From positions 151,528,001 through 151,592,000 of the forward strand of contig OX597815.1 of assembly GCA_951406725.2 (NCBI GenBank): DNA of 64,000 nucleotides, read 5' to 3'. Positions within the stretch are counted from its first letter, which is position 1. Every line of letters begins with the position of its first letter. A program made the translations under genes and the position numbers. The notes beneath the pieces were generated by a model. That model saw only the letters and a list, made by a program, of their open reading frames with translations, had not been told where the DNA came from and ran no database searches. Below, piece by piece: positions 51,464-64,000 of the stretch. This stretch comes from Octopus vulgaris. Lineage: Eukaryota.

Positions 51464-51623
51464 TTTGGTGGACTGCTTTTATGATGTGAAACAAGTGAGG
51501 TGATGCAGTCAGAAATTTCCTTTTTTTTAAAAATTTTTTGTCGGTGGCCACAACTGAAAGAACGAATTCCAAATATTTGCTTACATCATATATGTGTGTA
51601 TGTATGTATTCATTCATACATAC

Positions 51624-51736
<113 letters not shown>

Positions 51737-51875
51737 TACATACATACATATACACACACATATTTATCATATACTATATATTTGTATCATATATTTGTAA
51801 AACACATGTATAGTATATAATATATAAATAGATATATATGTGTGTATATATATATATAAATTATGTGTGTGTATA

Positions 51876-51911
<36 letters not shown>

Positions 51912-53617
51912 TGTATTTATGTATGTATGTATATATATATATATAGATTATGTGTGTATATATATATATATATAACATTGTATATGTATATTATAAAATA
52001 TATATGTATATATGATAAAATAAACTCTAGAAAATTTTGAAATTTTAGTAATAAGATATATCTAGTTGAAAGCCACCAAGCCACCAATGGCCAAAAAAAA
52101 CAGCAAAAACATGAAAAGAAACCAAAAACAAACAAAGAAAAGACTGCCAAACTTTGTGTTGCACCAAAGTAATGGTGTTAGAACATGTCTTTTTTTTTTT
52201 TTTTTAAAGAAATATATTTGATTGAGTTTTCATACCTCCACATCACTTAATTACCACGCACACACAAAACATACTAATAACACATGTATGCAACATGTGT
52301 GTACATGTACATTCTTTGTTTTTTTTTTTTCTTCAACATTTTTTTTTAAATGTTGCTGATAATAAGAGATAAAAGAAGAAATTTAAAAAAAAATAAGTTG
52401 AAAAAAAAAGTGGTTTACAAAACGAAATTAAAACTATGTTAATATTTGCAGAGTCCAATTTATATCATCTGAACTTTTATCAAATTTTCTAAAAGTAAAT
52501 TGTCTTTATTCTGTTCTTTGTTATTTTTCTTTTTTCATTTTTTTCATTTTTTCCTCTTCTATTTGAATTATGAAGAGGGGAAAAAAAATAGAAACAAAAA
52601 GACCTTAAAAAGAAAACCCAACAAAAAAACATCGAGAACTTGAGTTTGAGTAAACAAGGGAAAAATCCTTAGAATTTCTTCATCGGAATCATCTGCTATT
52701 GAATAATTTCTCTGGGTTTCATACATCCAGTCGGATTTTTAATATCTCCAGAGCTTCAGAGAAACCATCATTTAGTTATTGGAATAAAATCCCAGAGTTT
52801 TGTAAATTGTGTTGGATATTTAAGATATCCAGAGCTTCGTAGAAACCATTGTTTGGACAATATTGCAAAGCTTCTTCATAAAAACCATCAGATATTTAAC
52901 TCTTTAGCATTCAGATTACTCTGCCGAATGTAAAACTTATTTATTCGCATTTTTAAAAAATTAATCATTCGTTATCTCTTAGCTTTGAGATTTCAATGAT
53001 GTGATTGTTTATTTTTAGAATGACATTGTAGGGTAGGTGTGAGAGGCTGGATCTGGCCAGTTTGAATATAAAACAGGTAGAATTTTTGGGCCAGTTTTAA
53101 TGCTAAAGGGTTAATGGGTATAAATAATTAAGATTTTATAGTTGATATTTGACAACAAATTTAATAATTTTTTTGTTTTAAACTTCACTACTGTTGTTAA
53201 TTTCTCTATTTTAAATATATGTCGTTTGTTCGTCTTAATTTTATCATCTTGTCACTTGACAGAAAACTACCAAAATTATCTCCAAAGTTGTTATTATTAT
53301 TATTATTTTTTTTTTCATCTGAATGGGAGCCCAGAATAATATCTGTATCAAAAAAGAAAAAAATCAATTATGTAAAAAAATTTGTCTCCATCCCATGTCT
53401 GTGTTGTGCATGCTTGCATGCTCATCCGAACGCATTTCATACGCACATCTTACTTACATATGTATCCACATATAAATACTTACAGACTGTGTTATGCAGG
53501 CACATTTTCATTTGAGTCTGTAATTTATACGACTTCATTAGATTACTTCACCATCTTTTCTATACCTGCTGTTATCATACTTGTGAGCTTTTGATGGGTT
53601 TGCAAAGCCATATGTGA

Positions 53618-53651
<34 letters not shown>

Positions 53652-54002
53652 TTATGCTAATATTGAACAGTGAAACTGAGTGCTCAATACCACATTGATA
53701 GATAAATATTCTTTAATTGTGGGTAAACGAGGCTACCATTGGTTTTATGCTACGAGAAATTTCTCAACCTACCACATGGAATGCTAGTACTCTTCTCCAT
53801 CAGTATATGCATATGTAATTTTGGTCAAGTCATCTGCTACTCTGGAGTTTTGCCTGGTGACCCTGTGAAAACCCTGATGGAACTCACGGGTAGTAAGAAA
53901 TTGTCCCGACCAAAATTAAAATATTATTAATCTCTTCTGTGGTATTGAGTACACTTTCTTCCAACAGTCAACACTTAACACACACACACCCGTGTGTGTG
54001 TG

Positions 54003-54035
<33 letters not shown>

Positions 54036-55278
54036 TATCATTTACTTGCATTAGGTCTTCTGATTTGTCATACACTTCAACTGGACTTGATACTGATGTT
54101 TTAAACCTAGTCACTGAAACTCATTCTAAGAATTTGCTGTAGTTTATTCTGCAGTATCATGGGTTTGAACTTGTTACCTTACCAACACTTCTCGTATTTA
54201 AATGATCTGAGTAAATACTGGCTTGAAATTGCTATCATTGTCTTCTGCTTGTAAACAAACCAGAAATATATATTTCATATTTTTCACAGATTAATAGATT
54301 TTTTCTTTTCGTTTTTTTATAAAATAAAAAAAAAAGGTTCTATTTAGAAAGAAGAAATGTGGCAAAATTCCTTGCTAAATTCTTTATTTTTGTTTAGAAC
54401 TTTGTAGACTTTGGCCATTAATTAACACCAGAAATTGTCAGTTTTAATGAAGAGAGATTCTTTGATACTTTGACTTCATTCATTAATTTTTTAATGTTCT
54501 CAGGAAATGGATAATTTATATCAGCACAACGCCAGCTTACTGGGCTATCTGTCTTGATTACTGTAGTTCATGATATATAATGTGTGTGTATATGTATATA
54601 TATGTATTATATATAATATTTTATATATATATAGTCTGCACACAGACATGTTTATATCTACAGGTATACGCACATATATAAATATATATTTAAATGTGTA
54701 TGTGTGTACATATGTATATATTTATGTATTATATGTGTGTGTATAAATGTGTATGTATGTTTTTGAACTATGTGTGTGTGTGTAAAGAAAAAAATTTATA
54801 TATATGTATAGATACATATGTATGCATATATATATATATATATATATATAAACACACAGTTACATATATACTTATGTATGTGTAGATATACATATGTGTA
54901 ATATAAAGAAGCGTACACAGGAAGGTATATTTTATTGTTCAGAAAAGATAGCCTTTTTTAGAATTTGGCTGTGGCTTTAAAATATCACAAGACTTGCTTT
55001 TTTTTATGTAGTTATATTTTCTGTTTGAGATAATTACCATTCCTGTGTATATAATTGGCCTTGATATTGCTTTTTGGCTTTTGGAATATTCCTCCTTTGA
55101 ATGTGAGGAATTTGTCTTCATATCTTAGTAATTTGGAATTTATCTTTTTGATGCCAATGCAACATAATTCTTGTTCATTTCTTTTTGATCGTTCTTGTTC
55201 ACCATTTATGTATATATTTATATATATATATAAAATGAGGGGTGTCTATTTACTTTTGGGATGTGTGTGTGTGTGTGA

Positions 55279-55370
55279 AAGCCGAAAGGATTTCACAAAC
55301 TGTTAGAGTTTCATGTAAAAGAGTGGTTACATGAAATTCTTAGTAACAGTTTGTGAAATCTTTTGAGCTT
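55279..55370. repeat. ~90-nt hairpin in the putative 3' UTR
   Basis: gatttcacaaactgtta/taacagtttgtgaaatc (17 bp perfect) plus gagtttcatgtaa/ttacatgaaattc around an 8-nt loop. Confidence 0.8.
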
Positions 55371-55836
55371 CAGTAAATAACTATTTTACTCTACCTTTGA
55401 GATTTAAGTACTATTTCCTCTTCTTTGTTTTGCACTGATGTGCTCGTGTGTGTGTGTGTGGTTTATTTGCAGCTGGTTTACAGAATTGAAGCAAAATTTA
55501 AATCTTGATTCAGTCTTGTTCTACTTTTTTCAAACCTTGGCAGTTTTGTTAAAACATAAAGGACTGAAACAGGATCATGAAACTGTAAGCTAGTCACAAA
55601 CAAAGTTAGTTTTCATTCAGATGTATTGAATATTTCATTGCATTTATATGTAAGAAAATTGGTTTGTGGGTTGAAAATGCACCAGGTTTTAAAACAGATT
55701 TGGTTTTTTTTAAAGATCTTTTTTAATCTATCAAAATACTATACTGGTTTCAACAATGTTAGCTTTTCAATGGTAAATAAATATAAAATAAGATAAAAAT
55801 GTAAAAGAAAGAGAATGTACAAAAAAGTTTCATACC

Positions 55837-55842
55837 AATAAA
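55837..55842 (+). promoter_or_regulatory. Candidate polyadenylation signal AATAAA
   Basis: AATAAA with an upstream TGTA and a downstream T/GT-rich tract; second AATAAA at 55776. Such hexamers are common in AT-rich DNA. Confidence 0.35.
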
Positions 55843-58800
55843 ACATACTCAATACTTTGAACATTTGATATTTGAGCCTGTTTTATTGCTTTGATGTATT
55901 TTCTTGTGCATATATTTATGTACCATTGAAAAATAGAAAATTGTTGAAGCTGATATGGTTTTTTGATAAATTAAAAATGAAATTAATAATAAACCAAAAT
56001 TTCTTTTAAAACCCAAGTGCATCTTCAATAGTTTTTTGTTTTGTATATTTTTTAAACTCTTTGCAACTATAACAGAATTTTAGTGTTAAAATCTGAAACA
56101 AAAACAGAAAAATAGTAATAAAAGTTACTATGGGGTTACTATTTCATATTTAACCAATTTCAAAATAATTCTTATATTTTGCATTTTATTTTCATAATTC
56201 CAATTGGCTTCATTTTGAAGCAGAAATATATTTAAAAAAGATATTTCAAAAATTATTTGAAAGGAAATTAAATTCAGCTTAAGTTGAAAAGTTTTGGTAA
56301 TTGTTGAAATATCATCTAGCATAAAAAAAAACAACAAAAGCAAAAACAAAACAAACTCTTTGTAATTTTACTAACTCCAGTAGTGTAACACTTATGATAT
56401 TTAAGGCAGTGAGCTGGCAGAACTGTTAGCATGCCAGGCGAAATGCTTTGCAGTATTTTGCTTGTCTCTACGTTCTGGGTTCAAATTCTGCCAAGGTTGA
56501 TTTCACCTCTCATCCTTTCAGGGTCAATAAAATAAGTACCAGTTGTGCACTGGGGTTGATGTAAATGACTTTACCCCGCTCCCCCAAATCAATGACCTTG
56601 TGTCAAAATTTGAAACCAATATTTATAATCTGCCAAATATTTGGGATTGAACTGGTTTATTATTCCACATCCATTTGTAGTTTTTAATTGGTCAAACTAC
56701 ACTTTATCAATCTTTTTGGGTATAGAACTCTTTTGTGTTAACAAGAGGAAAGGAATCATTTCCCAATATTTGTCCTTTATTTAATATGGTGCTGATTTTT
56801 CTTCCTTGCTTTTTAAAACTTTTATTTGATAAAACTTGTCAGCTGTCTTTAACCAACAGGGTTAAAGGTTAAAAGTTCTTTATTGTATCAATTTTTTTTT
56901 TCAATTGAAAGTTTTAAAGAAAGACAAAACAAACAAGAAAGAAACAAAACAAACATACATTTAAATCATTTGTAAATAAAATTACAAAAAAATTCATTTT
57001 AAGATCATTAAAACATTTGTAAATAGTGAAAATATTTTTTTTCATCTTTTATAATGTTTTGAGCATGTGGTATGTAGGAGGTGGGGAGAGCATATTTCCC
57101 TATTGTAATTGAATAAGGGAACACTTTTTCCTAATATAATTGAAAATAAAAAAAGAAAATTAGATAAGGGAACATATTTCCCATTTGTAATTGAAGAAAA
57201 ATAGAAAAAAATACAGGCAGACGTCACAGAAGATACACATTTTCTTATATGAAAGGAAATGAGAAAGCTGCATATTTCATCCACTTCATTATTTTTTTAG
57301 TCCACATCATAGGAGTGGCTTGGTGGTAAGTAGTTTGCTTACGAACCACATGGTTCCGGGTTCAGTCCCATTGTATGGCACCTTAGGCAAGTGTCTTCTA
57401 TAGCCTCAGGCAGACCAAAGCTTTGTGAGTGGATTTGGTCGACGGAAACTGAAAGAAGCCCATTGTATATATCTATACATATATATGTATGTGTGTGTAT
57501 ATGTTTGTGTGTGTGTGTGTGTTTGTCCCCTCCAACATTGCTTGACAGCTTATGGTTGTGTGCTTACATCACCATAACTTAGCAGTTCGGCAAAAGAGAC
57601 CGATGGAATAAGTACAGACTTACAAAGAATAAGTCTTGGGGTCGATTTGCGTGACTAAAGGTGGTACTTTAGCATGGCCACAGTCAAATGACTGAAACAA
57701 GTAAAAGAGTAAAGGACATCATTTTTTTTTAACATCCACGTTTCTGTACTTGCATGGTTCAGATGGAATTTGACGAGGCAGATATTCTAGGGATGTATAC
57801 AATTCCTGTTGCCAACACTCACCAGTTTCTCAGCCGGTAATATTTCCTCACTGCAAGACAGGTTTTTCACAGAAGATTGGATATAAGAGACTCTGAATAT
57901 ATAACAGTGACACACATTGCCAATCATCACATAATGTCAAAACAAAGTGATACACACATGTATGTACATTATGAACCTTCATTTTCTAGCTACCAAATCT
58001 ACACAATACTTTGATCACAGCTTGAGACTAGAGTGCGGTGACATTGAATCTGAAAAATTGTTGGGAAACAAACTGCTTAACCACACAGCCATACCTGAGC
58101 CTTACAAATGGTAGAAAAATTAGTAAACCATAATTAACACTTTCGGCAATGGAAAGGAGAAACAATTTTCTTTAATATAAATTCAATCTTATTGCCCTAA
58201 AAATCTTTGACAATCAATGAAACAGTTTTCATGAAGTTATATAAATTTATGTTTCAAAATACAAATTAGAAAATTTTAAAAACGTACAATTTCCACTGGT
58301 ACTTTGCTCAAACTTCTTCGATTATTATTTTTATCTGTCGTAGTTAATCATGCAGACAGTATGGAACGGATTACAGTTTCTTGGTATCTTTTATTAGTTT
58401 CCGTTGTCTGTTTACACTTCTGTAAATTTTATTTATATTTAACATTTAAACAAGTCTTCGTTATGGAACAAAATGGAAGACTGGAAGCAGACGATACGGA
58501 CGATTTTGAAGGGAAGCAACTCCGTTCGAACTATTATTTTTATCTGTTGTAAGGAAAGTATTACCAGTCTTTTTATAAGGTATCTTTTCTTTTCTTTTTT
58601 TAAAATTCCTTCGAAGTTTTAAACTTTTAATTATATTTTCTCATCATATTTAAACTTTTATTTTGGAACAAGATTGAAATTTGAAGCAACACGAGACATT
58701 TTAGACTAAGACAAAAAAAAAAAAAAAGTTGCGTTCTAAACAAAATTGACGAAGAAGAAAGGCCAGAATAATTGCAACCGAAAGTGCAGAATACAGTCTA

Positions 58801-59072
58801 AAAGAGAAAATCAATATACGAAGATATGGAAGGGAAATAGTGAGCCGAACATATGGAACGAGAGAGAAAGAGAGGGGAGTTGAATGCGGCAAAAGAAACG
58901 AACAATGAAAAGCAAGCAGAATATCGAGAACGCAGAAAAAAAAAAACGAAGCCATGAAAGAAGGGCAGTGTTGCTTAATTTGAGAAATGTTCAAAGAAGT
59001 AAAAAGCACCAGAGACTATTTGGTGCTTCTACAATACGCCGTCAGAATGAACAAGTTATAGTTGAACTATAG

Positions 59073-59460
59073 TAGTACGGCACTCCGTCAGTTACGGCAA
59101 CGAGGGTTCTAGTTGATCCAATCAACGGAATAGCCTGCTCATGAAATTAACGTGCAAGTGGCTGAGTACTCTACAGACATGTGTACCCTTAACGTAGTTC
59201 TCGGGGAGATTCAGCGTGACATAGAAAAAGCCTGTGACAAGGCTGGCCCTTTGAAATAGAGGTACAACAGAAACAGGAAGAAAGAGTGAGAGAAAGTTGT
59301 GGTGAAAGAGTACAGCAGAGTTCGCCACCATCCGCAGCCAGAGCCTCTTGGAACATTGTTTTCGCTCAATAAATACTCACAACGCCCAGTCTGGGAATCG
59401 AAACCGCGATCCTACTACCGCGAGTCCGCTACCGTAACCACTAGGCTATTGCGCCTCCAC
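59073..59460 (-). mobile_element. SINE family C relative, CpG-intact
   Basis: tRNA-like head at the right end; TSD agttgaac(t/c)ata on both sides. Confidence 0.75.
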
Positions 59461-59694
59461 AGTTGAACCATACAACATAGGAGAAATGGACAAATCCTTC
59501 TTTCTGACTTAGAAATTCAGAAACGAGCCTGCAAACTACTGTGATAACATTAAAGTGTGACTTCCTTCTCCTGCAACCCTATTCTGAAGCACATAAAAAC
59601 TATATTTTGCGGAGAATACTGAGAAAGCTAACCATTTCAGGAAAAATACCCGAAATTGTGTAATTTGGTTAAAAAGTTACCACATCTAAAAGAA

Positions 59695-60192
59695 AAGGAG
59701 GCAAGATGGCAGAAACGTTAGCACGCCGGGCGATATGTTTAGCGGTATTTCGTCTGCCGCTACTTTCTGAGTTCAAATCCCGCCGAGGTCGACTTTGCCT
59801 TTCATCCTTTCGGGGTCGATTAAATAAGTACCAGTTATACATTGGGGTCGATATAATCGACTTAATCCCTTTGCCTGTCCCCTCTGTGTGTAGCCCCTTG
59901 TGGGCAGTAAAGAAATAAGAAAAGGGATCTTATTTTACAATTAAAAGACAAACAAACCATTCTATTTCTTATTTCTTTATTGCCTACAAAGGGCTAAACA
60001 GAGGGGACAGACAAAGGGATATTAAATCGATTACATCGACTCCAGTGCGTAACTGGTACTTACTTTATCGACCCCGAAAGGATGAAAGGCAAAGTTGACC
60101 TCGGCGGAATTTGAACTCAGAACGTAGCGGCAGACGAAATACCGCTAAGCATTTTGCCCAGCGTGCTAATGTTTCTGCCAGCTCGCCGCCTT
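59695..60192. mobile_element. Two SINE family A copies, tail to tail, CpG-intact
   Basis: + copy ~59695-59920; - copy ~59970-60192 with a 16-bp TSD aaaccattctatttct. Confidence 0.8.
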
Positions 60193-60930
60193 GAAACCAT
60201 TCTATTTCTGCTCTGTGAATGGAAAATGATCGTTCAATATATGGCCAGGAATGCCTCGGATGATTAATTTGCTCCGGGTTTGAGCTTTTAAACTGAAATT
60301 AAACAACAATAGCAAAACAACATCAACAATATTGATGACGCTGACAACAATAAGAACAATGACAATAACCTCAGGTTGAATTTATTAAAATTTTACATAG
60401 CTGTATCACAACCACAAGTCTCTTTCCAAACCATGAATCCGACGTTCATGGTGTTATTGTTACATGTTTAACAAATTCGATAAGTAAACAAAGCCTACAA
60501 GTTCAGAAACCATCATAAATGTCATGTTTGCATCAAACTCCATCAAGAGTCTCGTATAACTTTCGTTAAAGGATTCATTTACAATCCCTGTTGCTGCATT
60601 ATATAGTAAAAAGGAACTTCCACGCTTGCGGAAACTACGATTTCCTTTTAATCATCAGCTGTTAGCTTTTCATTTCAGGATATCAATGTCACATGATTAA
60701 TATTTCTGTCCTTAAAAAACAAAAAAATTTAGGCCCAGTAGAGGTGTTTTCGACTTCGTTAAATAGGAACCAGCGTTTTTATTTTACTTTACACTGTTCT
60801 AGTATAGTTTATTATCCAGCTAGAAGTCACTTCGCTTACATTCCTAATGTTCATGGCGAAAAGATTCCTGTCAAATCTTCCTAGTTGATAATGTAAGAAC
60901 ATAATATAAGAACCGGTAGCAAGCACGTTC

Positions 60931-61015
60931 ACTCTTTACCTTTAGCTACCCATATTTTGTCTCTTTACCTTTAGGTACACACATTTTGACTTTTTACCTT
61001 TAGGTACCTACATTA
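60931..61015. repeat. Three ~29-bp tandem units
   Basis: ctctttacctttag(c/g)tac..a.att repeated three times. Confidence 0.75.
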
Positions 61016-63527
61016 TGGCTTATCACGTGACGGTCGAGTCCTAGCTTTACGCGGACTGTCCACTAGCTAAGCGCGTCATCATCAGCTATTTAGAGGAAGC
61101 TTTTCTGCGTATTCTTCAGTGAGGTTGGTAGTCACGGTAGAGATCGGATCTTCGACATGAGAGAGAGAGCAGTTTTATTCCGCTGTGCATTTACTGTGAA
61201 GAGGGTATTGTCAAGAGAGATTCGTATCGCCAGTTTTATGTTTTTCTCGCGAAAATCTTCATCTTCAAGAAACACGCTGGACCTATGTATTTTGATAAAC
61301 AGAATTATTCATGTATACCAGTTGCTGTATTTTCTTTTAGCGGCGAAATTAATGTGGCAGTCAATCTTAACTTGTCTTCGTATTTCTTGATGTTCTTTAT
61401 CACGACTCTTATTAAATCAGAAGATTATAATATTATAAGGGCCTTGACCACATGTACCTTTTCCACCTCGCTAAAACCCTAAACATTTTGCAGTAAAACA
61501 GCAGAATCCGAGAATACTAGTGATGGTCTGTGTGGAGAAAAGTTGGTACGAAATATTCAAAAAGTTGAATGGTATAGACTGCAGTGAAGAAAGTGAGCAG
61601 TCTAACGTTTCGGAGAAGAATCTTTTGTAAGAGAGAGATGACATATTTGCTGTTAGTACAGAATATATTGGAAATATGGAGAGCAATAATAATTCTGTAG
61701 CTTGACCACAGAGGACTGTTATTGTATTCTGTAACGAGATCGAATAATCAGAACCTAATTTGGTGGGTAGTTTACCGCCTTGTAGATGGCCTGTAAATTT
61801 AGTAGACTTGTTGGTGGATAAGGGTATTTATGTGTGTAGAGACAAGAGAGTGATATCTTCGTAACACACACACACATTTGATCCGTAAACCAGGAAACCA
61901 CTTTTGTTGTATTCAACTGGTCGAATTTTGATCTTTCATTGTCAAGTAAACAAAACTGAAGAAAGCAGAGTTATCGACCTTGGAGTTATGTTCTAACATA
62001 CGCCAGTAAGTTAATATTAAAATACGTTAATTATTTAAACCGTCCCTTGTTCAGCATTTTAAATTTGGCACGTGATTAGCTTATCACTACTTCGACAATG
62101 ATGGTAAAGTTTATGCATCGAGGAGCAGATCCATTAACGCAAAAACTTATCTAGAATTGTTATAATTACTGTATTAATTATAACATTAGCCATTGACTTA
62201 ATATTGCTTTTTCCTTGTCATATAATTATTTTTGATTAGATTTTCAACGCTCACTAGATTATTTGTATGAATAACATATCTTGCCTTTCATGCAGGACAT
62301 TGTATTAATATTGTCTTGATCGCATAATTATCTTTTATTACGTTTCTAATGCTTAGTTCATTAAATATATTAACTGTTGTTTTCTTGTAGATGAAGTCTT
62401 TGAATAGTTAAGATCACAATGTTTTTTTCTTTTTTTAATAGAGTTAGTTTTAAGAAAATCTGTAAAAAAATGTTTGACATGGAAAAAGTATAAAATAATA
62501 AAATTATAATAATGTAGTGTACGATAACATACATGAGGTCGGAAACCACCAAAAATATTAATAAAAGTTTCACCAGTTATGAAGGAAACAAAAAAAAAAT
62601 GTTACATTATGTTAATGGGTAATTATAATCAACAAAGGCAGGGGAGGTAATCCTGTAAACTTAAATGAAATTAATTATATATAAAATACAAGTAGCACGT
62701 GGCCGAGTGGTTAGGAGTGTTCGGCTCAAAATCATAAAATTTAGGGTTCAGTTCCTATACCGGGCAGAGTGTTGTGTCTTTGATCATGGTACTTCATTTT
62801 ACGTTGCTCCAGTCTAAACAGCTGTGAATGAATAGTTTAACCCAACACTTGTACAACTCTCTCTCTCTCTCTCTCTGCCTATCTCTTTCACTCCTCTCTC
62901 TCTTTTCTTCCTTCTCTGTCACATTCCCTCTTTCTCTTCCTCTCTCTCTCTCTCTCTCTCTCCCCCTCTCTCCAGCTGTCGCGTTCTTGATGGTGACCGG
63001 ACAGAGGTTTTTATGTCGGCTCACGACTACATTGTCGCCAAAAACAATGAACAAAAGCATAGTACATGTTACCAAGCCAGTGTCATTCGCAGATGACACT
63101 TGGCTGTATTACTTCAAAAATACAGAGTACAGCAGGCAGTAGGTTTCAATTTCAGCAACAGGGAACCATTTTAAGTCATGTTCCTGCCATATTAAACCTC
63201 ATCAGTGAAGCACACAGTTCATCTGTTATTGTAGACTGCGTCGAAATAATATGTATGAAAATGACTCTAAAACTTATCTGGGTTATTTTTTAGCTTTCAC
63301 GATGCAAATGCGTGGTAACTTGGACAACAGTGCAGTTAAGAATTTCGCTTAGAAACTTCCGCGTTCGATCTCATTGTGTGACGCTTTCAGTAAACGTATG
63401 TTCGCATATTACTATATTATCAACTTGGCAAATATTTTGTGAGGGGAATTTGGTAGAAAGAGACTGTGAGTAAGTGCATCAATTACGTGCGTGTGTGCAT
63501 AGTGCATACATACATACATACATACGT

Positions 63528-63606
<79 letters not shown>

Positions 63607-63881
63607 TACATACATACATACATACATACATACATACATACATACATACATACATACATACATACATGCATGCATGCATGCATGCATGCATACATGCATA
63701 TATGAATATATACGTATGTATGTATGTATGTCGGTCGGTAGGTAGGTAGGTACATTTACAGAGTATAATAAATAGGGACAACCGAAACACCCCGAGTAGT
63801 AACAATAACTTTAGCACCACAATATATATGAGTATTTGTGTGTGTGTGTGTGTGTGTATACTATATTATATTATATCATAT

Positions 63882-63924
<43 letters not shown>

Positions 63925-64000
63925 TATATACACACACACACATATATCTGTATGTATTGTATGTTTGTATGTATGTATGTATGTATATATATATTATATG

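Noticed and set aside
61035-61095. Minus-strand CTGATGA..ACGCG...CGCGT-AAAGCT as another hammerhead
   Set aside because: GAAA box is broken and no stem I can be formed.
58300-62600. Second gene or promoter downstream of DNAJC8
   Set aside because: CpG-richer unique DNA but no recognisable coding exons in any frame.
62975-63142. Possible exon or RT fragment (FADDT) after a CT tract
   Set aside because: The CT tract is a microsatellite, no other RT motifs are present, and no convincing donor or homology was found.

Overview
AT-rich, repeat-dense eukaryotic DNA. The SINE, RTE and microsatellite families resemble those of coleoid cephalopods, most likely Octopus (inferred from recognising the repeats, not from a search). 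The only host gene I can support is a + strand DNAJC8 orthologue (J-domain spliceosomal co-chaperone). It has eight small GT-AG coding exons from 19338 to the stop at 51463, giving 219 aa in the window, including the HPD motif. Coding exon 1 was not found and probably lies upstream of the window. A long putative 3' UTR runs to about 55860. The introns are packed with tRNA-derived SINEs, RTE and CR1-type LINE fragments, piggyBac/hAT/Tc1-mariner MITEs and microsatellites; most listed ORFs are artefacts of these repeats. The most interesting signals are: (1) an inverted element joining a tRNA-like Pol III head to a Penelope-type minimal hammerhead ribozyme motif on each strand; (2) an RTE LINE with a C4HC3 PHD finger inside its RT and a 3' UTR array of ~60-nt structured units varying from about 1 to 9 copies; (3) inverted LINE pairs bracketing DNAJC8 exons; (4) a twin-priming-type 5' inversion in a second RTE family; (5) a CpG-decay pattern that outlines the transcription unit. 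Exon coordinates were counted directly; repeat boundaries are approximate.
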